NCBI GenBank assembly: GCA_001791325.1
Contig: MGEK01000039.1
Location: 1,175 to 65,174, forward strand
Length of the DNA: 64,000 nt
Direction: 5' to 3'
Origin: Candidatus Uhrbacteria bacterium RIFCSPLOWO2_01_FULL_47_25
Lineage (GTDB): Bacteria > Patescibacteriota > Patescibacteriia > GWA2-46-9
Of this stretch, positions 26,539 through 36,023 are shown in pieces. A program made the position numbers and the translations under genes. Numbering within the stretch: position 1 is the first letter of the stretch; every line of letters starts with the position of its first letter. The notes under the pieces were generated by a model. The model saw only the letters and a program-made list of their open reading frames with translations, was not told the origin of the DNA and searched no databases.

Positions 26539-27354
26539 ATGATAGATGCATATTTAAAAAGAACGGAAGACGAATTGAGATTGCGCAATTACAGCCCCAA
26601 GACTATAAAAAGCTACCTAGCCTGCCTCGCTGGTTACCTGCGCGCGAAGAAGAGCAATTTAGAATCCATTGACACTGATTTTATCAAGCGGTTTTTGTTG
26701 AGTAAAAAGGACGCGGGAAAATCCCCACGAACGATCAATCAGAGCTTGCAAGCAATTAATTTCTTCTGTCGCAATGTTTTAAAAAGTCATTGCGATATAG
26801 ATATTAAATTCGCCAAAACCCCTAGCAAGTTGCCGATAGTATTATCGCGCGATGAGATAAAGTTGATCATTGATTCCATTAGCAACGAGAAACATTGTTT
26901 AATGATCGCACTGGCTTATGCTGGTGGATTGCGGGTAAGCGAGATCATCAATCTAAGAATTAAAGATTTGAATATAAACGAGCTGACGATCCACATTAAA
27001 GGCGCCAAGGGGAATCGCGACCGTCTTACTATATTATCTGATAAGTATAAAAATAGGCTTGAAAAAATCATTATCGGCGGGAACCCCAATGATTATGTTT
27101 TCGCGAGCGAACGCGGCGGTAAACTAACAGAGCGCACGGCCCAAAAGATTTTTGAAAATGCGCGGCGAAAAGCGAATATAACCAAAGACGCGACGTTTCA
27201 CTCCTTGCGGCACAGTTTTGCCACCCATTTATTGGAGAACGGCGTGGATGTGCGCTATGTGCAGGAATTATTGGGGCATCAAAATATCAGAACGACCCAG
27301 CTTTACACGCAAGTCACGAATCCACAGCTTAAAAATATCAAGAGTCCGCTATAA
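26539..27354 (+). CDS. Short integron-integrase-like tyrosine recombinase
   Basis: N-terminal LRNYSPKTIKSY; catalytic GLRVSE, KG, HSLRHSFATH, LLGH, Y; C-terminal IKSPL; lacks the IntI-specific insertion. Confidence 0.9.
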   Translation: MIDAYLKRTEDELRLRNYSPKTIKSYLACLAGYLRAKKSNLESIDTDFIKRFLLSKKDAGKSPRTINQSLQAINFFCRNVLKSHCDIDIKFAKTPSKLPIVLSRDEIKLIIDSISNEKHCLMIALAYAGGLRVSEIINLRIKDLNINELTIHIKGAKGNRDRLTILSDKYKNRLEKIIIGGNPNDYVFASERGGKLTERTAQKIFENARRKANITKDATFHSLRHSFATHLLENGVDVRYVQELLGHQNIRTTQLYTQVTNPQLKNIKSPL

Positions 27355-27458
27355 TGATAAAAGTTACGGCGAGCCAAAAATATCATTAAACAACTGGAAC
27401 TGTAAACTGTTACCTATGCAAATTTCCTCAAATATCAAAAATATGATATAATAACTGC

Positions 27459-29201
27459 ATGTTTACACAGCGACAACTTGAACACATTTTAATTGGTTCT
27501 AAGACCTTCTCTCCTGAAGATTTTAAGAAGCACGTAGCGGCGGCGGAAGCCAAAAAACAAGAGATGGAAGACTATTTGACTTCCGAACACATCCTCTCGG
27601 AGGATAATTTATATGAAACAGCGGCCAGTCTTTTTCAGTTGCCATTTGTTAAAATTAAAAATCAACCGATCAGAAAAGACGTTTTATTCCTGATCCCAGA
27701 GCCGCTCGCTCAACATTACCAAATAGCAGCCATTGACACAGAAGGTGATAATATTTTAAAAATCATAACCACTGACCCAGAAAATTTACAAGCCTTTGAA
27801 TTTCTCAAAAAAAAGACTGGCCGCGACCTTTCCATATCCATTACCACGCCGAGCGCCTTCAAAGAAATAATGAAGCAATACCACAAGAGCCTGCAGGCAG
27901 AATTTCAGGCATTCACTAACATTGACAAGGCCAAAAGTGAAGGAAAGGCCGGTGGAGAAAAAAATCTTCAGGAATTGGCTGAAGATCTCCCGATCATACG
28001 CATCGTTGATACAATGATGGAATACGCAATTTTTGAAGGAGCGTCAGATATACATATTGAGCCGGAAGAACAGCAAATTGACATACGCTACCGCCTTGAT
28101 GGAATACTAAAAAGCGTAATGACGCTTCCCAAGGCGGTACAATCTGGCGTTATAGCCAGAATTAAGGTTTTATCAAATCTAAAGCTGGATGAACATCGTT
28201 TGCCCCAAGATGGACGCTTTAAAATACAAACGCGCGATTACAACATTGCTTTTAGGGTTTCTATAATCCCCGCTTTTGATGGTGAAAAGATAGTGCTGCG
28301 TTTGCTCAATGAAAGCGCACAAGTGCGTTCACTTGAACAAATTAGCATGCAGTCTAATCAATTCGCGATTCTCAAAAAAAATATTCACAAACCGCACGGC
28401 ATGATTCTGGTCACCGGTCCCACTGGTTCGGGAAAAACAACTACTCTCTATACGATCCTGAATGTTCTCAACGTTCCTGAAGTCAATATTTCAACCATTG
28501 AAGACCCCATTGAATACCGCATGCCGCACGTCAATCAAAGCCAAGTTAATCCCAAAATAGGCTACACTTTTTCTATCGGCCTAAGAGCGCTCCTGCGTCA
28601 AGATCCTAATATTATCATGGTTGGTGAAATACGCGATACGGAAACCGCCGAAATAGCGGTGAACGCCGCCATGACCGGACACCTCTTATTGTCCACCCTG
28701 CACACCAATGACGCCGTGACGGCCATTCCACGACTTTTCGATATGGGCATTCCTCCGTTCCTGGTGGCCTCCACAACCAATATGATTATGGCCCAACGGC
28801 TAGTTCGCAAAATCTGCCCCTATTGCATTACCAGCTATAATCTTGGCAAGGCGGCGCTTGAAGAATTAACCCGCCAATTTGATCTCAAAACTATCTTGGG
28901 CATGCTTATTCAACAAGGCAGTGTCACAAAAAACATAAAATCATTTGAGACTCTTCTATTTTACAGGGGCAAGGGCTGCAAACAATGCAACAATGACGGC
29001 TATCGTGGCCGAGCCGGCATCTATGAAGTGTTGGATATCTCTAAGGAATTAAACGATGCCATTGTCAAAAAAGCCACTCGCGAAGACTTAATGACCATTG
29101 CCCGACAACAAGGCATGCTCACAATGGTTGAAGACGGATTCCTGAAGGCCAAGGCTGGCATCACAACAATTGAGGAAGTGCTTCGCGTTACGCAGGAATA
29201 G
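27459..29201 (+). CDS. pilB: Type IV pilus assembly ATPase (GspE/PilB)
   Basis: ASDIHIEP, GPTGSGKTTT, EDPIE, RQDPNIIMVGEIRD, tetracysteine motif. Confidence 0.95.
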   Translation: MFTQRQLEHILIGSKTFSPEDFKKHVAAAEAKKQEMEDYLTSEHILSEDNLYETAASLFQLPFVKIKNQPIRKDVLFLIPEPLAQHYQIAAIDTEGDNILKIITTDPENLQAFEFLKKKTGRDLSISITTPSAFKEIMKQYHKSLQAEFQAFTNIDKAKSEGKAGGEKNLQELAEDLPIIRIVDTMMEYAIFEGASDIHIEPEEQQIDIRYRLDGILKSVMTLPKAVQSGVIARIKVLSNLKLDEHRLPQDGRFKIQTRDYNIAFRVSIIPAFDGEKIVLRLLNESAQVRSLEQISMQSNQFAILKKNIHKPHGMILVTGPTGSGKTTTLYTILNVLNVPEVNISTIEDPIEYRMPHVNQSQVNPKIGYTFSIGLRALLRQDPNIIMVGEIRDTETAEIAVNAAMTGHLLLSTLHTNDAVTAIPRLFDMGIPPFLVASTTNMIMAQRLVRKICPYCITSYNLGKAALEELTRQFDLKTILGMLIQQGSVTKNIKSFETLLFYRGKGCKQCNNDGYRGRAGIYEVLDISKELNDAIVKKATREDLMTIARQQGMLTMVEDGFLKAKAGITTIEEVLRVTQE

Positions 29202-29207
29202 TTCTCT

Positions 29208-30290
29208 ATGCCCATTTTAACCATGCCGTCTATTAATTTTCGCATTTTAAAAAGACGAGTTAAGACGACACAAAAAATATTCTTGATGCAGCAAATGCGG
29301 ATTATGGCCAGGGCTGGCGTACCCCTGACCACCACCATCCGAACCCTGCAAGCCCAAACTGGCTCTCGCCGTCTCAAAACAATTCTCACTAATGTCGCTG
29401 ATAAGATAGAAAAGGGGCAAACTCTGTCGCAAGCTCTATTGCCATATATCTCTGATTTTGGTGAATTGATGATCAATATGATCGCCGCCGGCGAGGCCAG
29501 TGGTCGTCTGGAGGAAGTATTTGGACAAATTTATTTACAAATGAAAAAAGATCATGAAATCATCTCGCGAGTACGCGGAGCTCTTATGTATCCAGCCATT
29601 GTAGTATTAGCCATGATCGGCATCGGTATAGGCATGATTGTTTTTGTGATTCCTAAATTAACGGATATTTTTAAAGAATCTAATGTTGCCCTACCCTTGC
29701 CGACAGTCATTCTAATATCCGTGAGTGATTTTATTGTGAACAATGGCTTGCTGGTAGGCATTGGCACAGTCGCTATAATCAGTGCGTTCATCTGGACCAT
29801 TCATCGTCCAAAAGGAAAATACGTTTGGCATTGGTTTTTGCTAAGGTTACCCATTGTGGGTTCAATTATACAAGAAATTAATTTGGCTCGCTTTGCCCGA
29901 ACAACTAGCTCTTTTTTAAAAACTGACATTCCTATAGTCAAAACTTTGACAACTACCGCTCATGTTTTGAGCAATGTTCATTACCAAAATGCCTTGTTGG
30001 CCGCCTCTGAACGCATCGTTAAGGGAGTCACTTTAAAAGAGGCGCTGGAACCATACCCAAATTTATTTAATCCAACTATAATGCAGATGATCGCAGTGGG
30101 TGAACAATCCGGATCATTGGATGATATTCTTGCTGAAGCGGCGGAATTTTATGAAACAGAAGTGTCGCAAACTATGACTACCCTCCCCTCCCTCCTTGAA
30201 CCGGTCTTAATGGTGATATTGGGCATTGGAGTAGGCGGCATGGCCGTAGCCATTATGATGCCCCTTTATACTCTGACTCAAGCTTTTTAA
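29208..30290 (+). CDS. pilC: Type IV pilus platform protein (GspF/PilC)
   Basis: AGEASGRL, ALMYP, VGEQSGSL, LLEP. Confidence 0.95.
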   Translation: MPILTMPSINFRILKRRVKTTQKIFLMQQMRIMARAGVPLTTTIRTLQAQTGSRRLKTILTNVADKIEKGQTLSQALLPYISDFGELMINMIAAGEASGRLEEVFGQIYLQMKKDHEIISRVRGALMYPAIVVLAMIGIGIGMIVFVIPKLTDIFKESNVALPLPTVILISVSDFIVNNGLLVGIGTVAIISAFIWTIHRPKGKYVWHWFLLRLPIVGSIIQEINLARFARTTSSFLKTDIPIVKTLTTTAHVLSNVHYQNALLAASERIVKGVTLKEALEPYPNLFNPTIMQMIAVGEQSGSLDDILAEAAEFYETEVSQTMTTLPSLLEPVLMVILGIGVGGMAVAIMMPLYTLTQAF

Positions 30291-30295
30291 ACGAT

Positions 30296-31351
30296 ATGTT
30301 GTTCGCCCTAAAAAATGCACCCATAGCGTTTGGCCTTGATATTTCAGACACCACGGTCAAAATTGCCCAGTTGCGTCGCTCTGGACGATCTTTTGTTGCC
30401 GAACTTATAAAAGAAATTATTATTCCTCAAGGACTTGTTAAAAACGGAGAGATACAAAATGTCCAACAACTGGCATCGGAATTAACAAAATTACTTTCTC
30501 CGTTCAGAAAACAACTCACAGATGGGGTGATAGCCTCTTTGCCAGAATCAAAAACATTCATTCAAACAATCATCATTCCCAAGGGCAATGAATCAACTCT
30601 GCCCGTGCAACTAGCGGAATCTCTGCCGGAATACTTGCCTCTGCCGCTTGAAGAAATGTACCAAGATAACGCAATGATTAGTGAAACAAATAATAATTGG
30701 CAAATTGTTATTGGCGCAGCTCCCAAAACAATCGTTGATAACTATATTCAGCTACTGGAAAGTATGCATTTAATTCCGGTTGCTTTAGATATTCAAGCCA
30801 TGGCCATGGCCAGAACATTGCTGCCCGTCAAGGAGCCGCAATACCGCACACGGGCCATAATAGATATTGGACGGCATCACGCTAGTCTCATCGTACATGA
30901 CCAGAATACAATCCAGTTTACTATGAGCCTGCCAATCTCGGGCGATCAAATTACAGACAACATCGCCAAGGAGTTAAATTTATCCAGCGATCAGGCCGAA
31001 AAAGCAAAAATTATTTGCGGCCTTGACCCAAATAAATGTGAGGGTGTCCTGCGCACCGTACTGGAAGGTATAATTGACAACCTTGTTAAAAAAATCAGCG
31101 AGGCGCTAGATTTTTATCAAGATCACTTTATAAATTCGCGCGACATTGAAGAAATAATTCTCACCGGAGGAGGCGCTTACTTATTAAATCTTGATCAAGT
31201 GCTTTCGGAAATTCTTAGAGTGCCCACAAAATTGGGTGATCCCTGGGAAAATACGCATATCACGTCATTCCCCAACCTAAAGGCGCCGCTGCAATATTCC
31301 ACGGTTATTGGCTTGGCCTTAAGGGGAGCTAATGGAGAAGAGACTGTATGA
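30296..31351 (+). CDS. pilM: Type IV pilus assembly protein PilM
   Basis: FGLDIS, IIDIG, ILTGGGA, IGLALR. Confidence 0.92.
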   Translation: MLFALKNAPIAFGLDISDTTVKIAQLRRSGRSFVAELIKEIIIPQGLVKNGEIQNVQQLASELTKLLSPFRKQLTDGVIASLPESKTFIQTIIIPKGNESTLPVQLAESLPEYLPLPLEEMYQDNAMISETNNNWQIVIGAAPKTIVDNYIQLLESMHLIPVALDIQAMAMARTLLPVKEPQYRTRAIIDIGRHHASLIVHDQNTIQFTMSLPISGDQITDNIAKELNLSSDQAEKAKIICGLDPNKCEGVLRTVLEGIIDNLVKKISEALDFYQDHFINSRDIEEIILTGGGAYLLNLDQVLSEILRVPTKLGDPWENTHITSFPNLKAPLQYSTVIGLALRGANGEETV

Positions 31352-31893
31352 AGAATCTAAATCTTATTCCGCCAGCCTTTAAAGACCGACTGCGCTTACG
31401 ACGCGTCTACGCCCTGTTGCGAGAAATGATAATGGCCATAATGCTTTACACAATTTTTCTTGGCATCACGCTGCTGATTGCCCGTCTTGTGCTCGTCAAT
31501 AATTTTACCCGTATTGTTAATGAGACTACGCTGGTAACAAGAGAGAATCGCGCAGTTGAACAGCAAATAGCAAATATGAACAAACAAATCAGCGCGGCTC
31601 AAACAATCCAAAAAACGGTTGTTCCGTGGGCGGAATTTCTGGTCGCTTTTTCAAAAATCGTGCCCGAAGGCGTGGTAATTAATTCTATGCAACTGGAGAC
31701 GGATGCCAATGAGCGCTCAACCATTAATGGCAAAGCTAGTACCAGAGAAGCTCTCTTGGACTTTGAAAGTAAATTAGTAGAAACTCCCTTCATAGAAAAG
31801 GTTAATTTACCGTTTAAAAACAAGCTAGATAAAACAAACGCTTATTTTACCATTACCTTAAGCGTGAGATTTGAAAAGGTTCCATTATTTTGA
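31348..31893 (+). CDS. pilN: PilN-like protein
   Basis: NLIP motif, TM helix, coiled coil, PEGVVI; synteny. Confidence 0.8.
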   Translation: MKNLNLIPPAFKDRLRLRRVYALLREMIMAIMLYTIFLGITLLIARLVLVNNFTRIVNETTLVTRENRAVEQQIANMNKQISAAQTIQKTVVPWAEFLVAFSKIVPEGVVINSMQLETDANERSTINGKASTREALLDFESKLVETPFIEKVNLPFKNKLDKTNAYFTITLSVRFEKVPLF

Positions 31894-31902
31894 TTTAGCG
31901 TC

Positions 31903-32466
31903 ATGACCATACAACGCGTCCCATTTTTAATAATAGTTTTTCTTGTCATCATTGTGGTGGTGCCATTAGGTATTATTTGGCCAAGCGTGAAACAAATTCG
32001 CTCAACCAGCCAAATGATTTATCAAGAATACCAATTTTTAGAGGATCGCAGTCAGCGCAGCAAAAACATCAAGCAGGCCAAAAAAGAATATGAGGAATTG
32101 CGTACGCATCTGCCAGCTTTAAGAGCCCTGGCAATTGAGCCCAATGAAGAGCTGAAATTTATTACCGCCGTTGAGGCTTTGGCCGAAGCAAATCGCGTGA
32201 CCGAAAAAATCAATCTTGATGTTGATAAACCAAGGCCAGCCGGCAATTACAACGCTCTGCCCATGGAACTGACTATCAGCGGCTCATACCGCGATGTTGT
32301 CAAATACTTGGCCGCCCTGCGTAATATCCAAATAGTAACAACCTTGAGTAACATTTCGCTTGTCAGTGGACGGACGACAGACGCGCTCGGCGTCATCGGT
32401 CAAAACTCCGACATCAAGATTGAAGCCCGCCTCACTGGCGTTGTTTACGAACACAAAAACAATTAA
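31903..32466 (+). CDS. pilO: PilO-like protein
   Basis: TM helix, coiled coil, ISGSYRDVVKYL; synteny. Confidence 0.8.
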   Translation: MTIQRVPFLIIVFLVIIVVVPLGIIWPSVKQIRSTSQMIYQEYQFLEDRSQRSKNIKQAKKEYEELRTHLPALRALAIEPNEELKFITAVEALAEANRVTEKINLDVDKPRPAGNYNALPMELTISGSYRDVVKYLAALRNIQIVTTLSNISLVSGRTTDALGVIGQNSDIKIEARLTGVVYEHKNN

Positions 32467-32469
32467 TTT

Positions 32470-32832
32470 ATGCCCAATCAAGCAAATTTTTCCGTTATCT
32501 TGGCAGTTCGCTACGCCAAAATTACAATCGCTCTTTTGATGCTGGTGGGTGTTATCTGGGTTGCTTTTTTTCTTTACGACAATTTGTATAAACCAATAAC
32601 TCAAGCTATGGTCACTGCCGAACTAAAGGCAAAGGTAGTTCTTACTAATGTAAATAAAAAAGAGCTGACTGAGGTAATAGACTTAATTGAGAAAAACACA
32701 AAATTGCCCACCCTTGACTGGTCGTCATTGGCGGATCCATTTGCCGGCAACCGTCTGCCGCCATCTTCGTCGAGCTCCTCAACTAATAATAAAGCGCCCA
32801 CTACTTCGCCAGCAGTTACGGCACCGCAATAA
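32470..32832 (+). CDS. Membrane-anchored protein ending the pil operon
   Basis: One TM helix, DPF motif as in PilP-like proteins, S/T/P-rich tail. Confidence 0.6.
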   Translation: MPNQANFSVILAVRYAKITIALLMLVGVIWVAFFLYDNLYKPITQAMVTAELKAKVVLTNVNKKELTEVIDLIEKNTKLPTLDWSSLADPFAGNRLPPSSSSSSTNNKAPTTSPAVTAPQ

Positions 32833-33052
32833 CTTCTTGAACCTCTGACAGATGTTCTTTGAGAGTTGCCTCAACTCCCATTTTAAGCGTTAACTCGGCA
32901 AAACCGCATCCCCGGCACATACCCTTGAACCGCACTTCAACCACCCCAGTTTTTTCATCAAAACTGACAAACTCAATATCTCCACGATCGCGAAGAAATG
33001 CCGGCCGCATGTCTGCCATCAATTCCTGAATTTTAACAACCGTATTATCCAT
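32816..33052 (-). CDS. NifU C-terminal domain protein
   Basis: RPAFLRDRGDIE, GMCRGC. Confidence 0.9.
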   Translation of the reverse strand: MDNTVVKIQELMADMRPAFLRDRGDIEFVSFDEKTGVVEVRFKGMCRGCGFAELTLKMGVEATLKEHLSEVQEVIAVP

Positions 33053-33127
33053 AGCTATTGACTAAATATATCAATAAAAATATAATATTGCTAATCAGCT
33101 AATAAGCTAATCCCTAATTCCTAACTT

Positions 33128-33412
33128 ATGGCCCATAAAAAAGCGGGCGGCTCCACAGCCCTCGGGCGAGAATCTCAATCAAAACGATTGGGCGTCAAAA
33201 TTACGCACGGCGGCTATGCCAAAGCCGGCAGTATTATTGTGCGCCAGCGAGGCACGAAATTTCGCCCTAGCGATAATGTCGGCCGCGGTAGTGATGATAC
33301 ACTCTTTGCTCTGACAACTGGCGTTGTTCAATTTGCCACCAAAAAAGTCCGCCGCTACACCGGTGTCCTAAAACCAGCAACATACGTGAGCGTCGCACCG
33401 ACTGTGAGTTAA
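33128..33412 (+). CDS. rpmA: 50S ribosomal protein L27
   Basis: [26 protein letters not shown]. Confidence 0.99.
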   Translation: MAHKKAGGSTALGRESQSKRLGVKITHGGYAKAGSIIVRQRGTKFRPSDNVGRGSDDTLFALTTGVVQFATKKVRRYTGVLKPATYVSVAPTVS

Positions 33413-33423
33413 ACAATAAAATG

Positions 33424-33448
33424 AGGGGGTCGCCACCGCAACCCCCTT
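33424..33448. terminator. Hairpin between convergent rpmA and a small ORF
   Basis: AGGGGGTCGC-CACC-GCAACCCCCT. Confidence 0.45.
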
Positions 33449-33499
33449 GAGCTAGTCTTCTACCGTGACTCAATCGTCACGGTAATGGTCGGCGCTGTA

Positions 33500-33679
33500 T
33501 CAGTAGTCGTAGTTGACGTAGACTATGTGACGGCGCAAAACGTAACGCCAGATGAGCATTACCATGGCGACGCCGCAGATGACGAGGTCAACGACAAGAC
33601 GCCCTCCCGTCAAAAGATCGGCGACCAAGGACAGCCACCCGAACGCCAAGACAATCCACGGAATAAATCTGAAAAACAT
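33500..33679 (-). CDS. 59-aa two-TM membrane protein missing from the ORF track
   Basis: MFFRFIPWIVLAFGWLSLVADLLTGGRLVVDLVICGVAMVMLIWRYVLRRHIVYVNYDY*; AGGAGG RBS upstream. Confidence 0.6.
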   Translation of the reverse strand: MFFRFIPWIVLAFGWLSLVADLLTGGRLVVDLVICGVAMVMLIWRYVLRRHIVYVNYDY

Positions 33680-33796
33680 CGTTCGCCCCTCCTGTTTTAG
33701 ACCAGGTTATCAAATAATCGACCCTCCTTGCAGGTAAAACTACACCCGTCCTCTGATAGGTGCAAGAGCAAACTCACCTTACTACACGAGTTTTAG

Positions 33797-35425
33797 CTAG
33801 TCTTTCTGTCGTTTTGTTGATGCCGCTTTAGCAAACGCCAAAAATAACGGATGCGGCGCGAGGGGCCGAGACTTAAATTCGGGATGAAACTGAACGCCAA
33901 CAAAGAATGGGTGGTCTTTAAGCTCAATAATCTCCACGAGCTCTCCATCGGGCGAGGTGCCAGAAAAACGCATTCCTTTTTTCTCAAAGCGCGCGCGATA
34001 ATCATTGTTAAACTCGTAGCGATGGCGATGACGTTCTGAAACTCTAGTGACGCCATAAGCCTTGGCCACAAGCGAATCTTTTTCCAGCTTGGCCGGATAA
34101 GCCCCCAGCCGCATAGTGGCGCCATAAAGTTTGCGAGCAAGGTGCTTTAATTGTTCGGGCATCAAATGAATAACCGGGTACCTGGTTTTAGGATTAATTT
34201 CAGTAGTATGCGCGTCTTTAAGGCCGCAAACATTACGGGCAAACTCCACTGCCGCGAGCTGCATGCCATAGCAGAGCCCAAAATATGGAATTTTTTTCTC
34301 CCGCGCGTACTGAATAGCTCTAATTTTGCCTTCTATTCCCCTACTACCAAAACCACCGGGCACAATAATACCCTGAAAATTATCAAGCTCTTTCAGAGCC
34401 CGGCGATCTTTCTCATAGGCTTCGGAATTTAGCCAGGTAATCTCCGGCCGGCGGCCCAGAGCGGCCGCGGCGTGACGAATTGATTCAATGACAGAGATAT
34501 ATGAGTCAGCCAGCGTAAAGTCCCCTGTGCCAAAATATTTGCCAACAATACCTATTTTTAAGGGCTCGGCCGCTCCTCTAATGCGGCGAGCAAGCTTTTG
34601 CCAATTTTTAAGATCACGCTCTCTGGGCTTTAAGAAAAGTTTTTTCAAAAGTTTGTCCGAAAGATTTTCGCGTTCAAAATTAATTGGAATTTCATAAATT
34701 GACTCAACGTCAGACGCCGAAATTATTGCCCATTCCTCAAGACCACAGTTAATGGCTAGCTTACGGCGGCGAGGCGCGTCAATTGGTCGCTCGGCCCGGC
34801 AAAGAATAAAATCAGCCTGCAACCCGGCGGCATTGAGCGAGCGAGCCGCGTATTGGGTGGGCTTGGTCTTCATCTCGCCAACAGATTTTGGTATTGGCAA
34901 ATAACTCACTAAAACAAGAGCAACATCCTCGGGATGTTTCAGCTTCATCATACGAATAGCTTCCAGAAAAAGAATGTTTTGATATTCCCCCACCGTGCCG
35001 CCGATCTCTATGATGACTACCTCTGCCTTACCCTTGCGAGCGGCTATATTAATGCGGCGAATAATCTCGTTCGGAATATCAGGAACTACTTCCACGTTTG
35101 CTCCGGCAAACTCAAGATTACGCTCTCGCTCAATAATGCTTTGATAAACCTGGCCGGTAGTAATGTAATTATCGCGAGTGGTCGTAATATCGGTGAAACG
35201 TTCATAGTTGCCTAAATCCTGATCTGCTTCTATTCCATCTTCGCCTACAAAAACCTCGCCATGTTCGGTCGGCCTCATAGTTCCGGCGTCAATGTTGACG
35301 TACATATCACACTTAACAAGCTGAACGCGATAACCGCGGCTCTGCAGAATGCGACCAATAGAGGCGGTGGAGACGCCCTTGCCAACGCTAGACATCACTC
35401 CGCCAGTAACAAAAATGTACTTCAT
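33797..35425 (-). CDS. pyrG: CTP synthase
   Basis: KYIFVTGGVMSSVGKG, KTKPTQ, GLCYGMQ, QFHPE; start set to MKYIF. Confidence 0.98.
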   Translation of the reverse strand: MKYIFVTGGVMSSVGKGVSTASIGRILQSRGYRVQLVKCDMYVNIDAGTMRPTEHGEVFVGEDGIEADQDLGNYERFTDITTTRDNYITTGQVYQSIIERERNLEFAGANVEVVPDIPNEIIRRINIAARKGKAEVVIIEIGGTVGEYQNILFLEAIRMMKLKHPEDVALVLVSYLPIPKSVGEMKTKPTQYAARSLNAAGLQADFILCRAERPIDAPRRRKLAINCGLEEWAIISASDVESIYEIPINFERENLSDKLLKKLFLKPRERDLKNWQKLARRIRGAAEPLKIGIVGKYFGTGDFTLADSYISVIESIRHAAAALGRRPEITWLNSEAYEKDRRALKELDNFQGIIVPGGFGSRGIEGKIRAIQYAREKKIPYFGLCYGMQLAAVEFARNVCGLKDAHTTEINPKTRYPVIHLMPEQLKHLARKLYGATMRLGAYPAKLEKDSLVAKAYGVTRVSERHRHRYEFNNDYRARFEKKGMRFSGTSPDGELVEIIELKDHPFFVGVQFHPEFKSRPLAPHPLFLAFAKAASTKRQKD

Positions 35426-35459
35426 AGATAACTCAAAATTCAAAAGGCAAAATTCAAAA

Positions 35460-35912
35460 CTAATGATCGCGCAAAGGAATAATGGAAATCGTAATGACGG
35501 CTCGTTTCTGATCGCCAAAATCAATGGCGACCTTGTGGTCACCAGTGTGTTTGAGGGGCTGGGGTAATTCAATCATACTTGGCTGAATTTCATATCCCTT
35601 AGTCTTGAGTATATCAGAGATGGCGGAGGCCGTCACGCCAGCAAACAAAGTCCCTTGCGCGTTGGCCATGGCCTTAAGCGTGAATAGCCTGCCATCTAGC
35701 GCCTGTTTAGTTTGTTTGGCTGACAACAATGATTTACGCGCCAACCGTTCTTGCCGTGATTTATCAGACTGGAGTTCCACCAGCCTCTGTTGAGTTACCA
35801 ATGAGGCCAGCTGGTTTGGCAGTAAATAATTTCTGGCATAGCCATCGGATACGTCTTTAACTTCGCCGGCCTGCCCAAGCTTTGACACTGATTTTAATAA
35901 AATCACTTTCAT
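35460..35912 (-). CDS. rplI: 50S ribosomal protein L9
   Basis: MKVILL, VSDGYARNYLLP. Confidence 0.97.
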   Translation of the reverse strand: MKVILLKSVSKLGQAGEVKDVSDGYARNYLLPNQLASLVTQQRLVELQSDKSRQERLARKSLLSAKQTKQALDGRLFTLKAMANAQGTLFAGVTASAISDILKTKGYEIQPSMIELPQPLKHTGDHKVAIDFGDQKRAVITISIIPLRDH

Positions 35913-36023
35913 TGATTGATGAATTAAGAATTATGAATAGCGAATTACGAATCTTGAATATGCGATTTGATTAAGAAGGTAATCAACCCAATTCCTACTT
36001 CCTGATTCATGATTCTTGCTTCA

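Larger units (their letters stand above)
16106..27354. mobile_element. Non-canonical integron-like element: integrase, attI and cassette array
   Basis: Integrase divergent from an array of minus-strand genes separated by RYYYAAC...GTTRRRY-type hairpins. Confidence 0.85.

Noticed and set aside
26539-27354. Housekeeping XerC/XerD call
   Set aside because: IntI-like termini and position directly beside a cassette array favour an integron-like role; a phylogeny is still needed.
27354-32832. Functional link between the integron and the adjacent pilus operon
   Set aside because: Only adjacency supports it; the pil operon looks like core genome.
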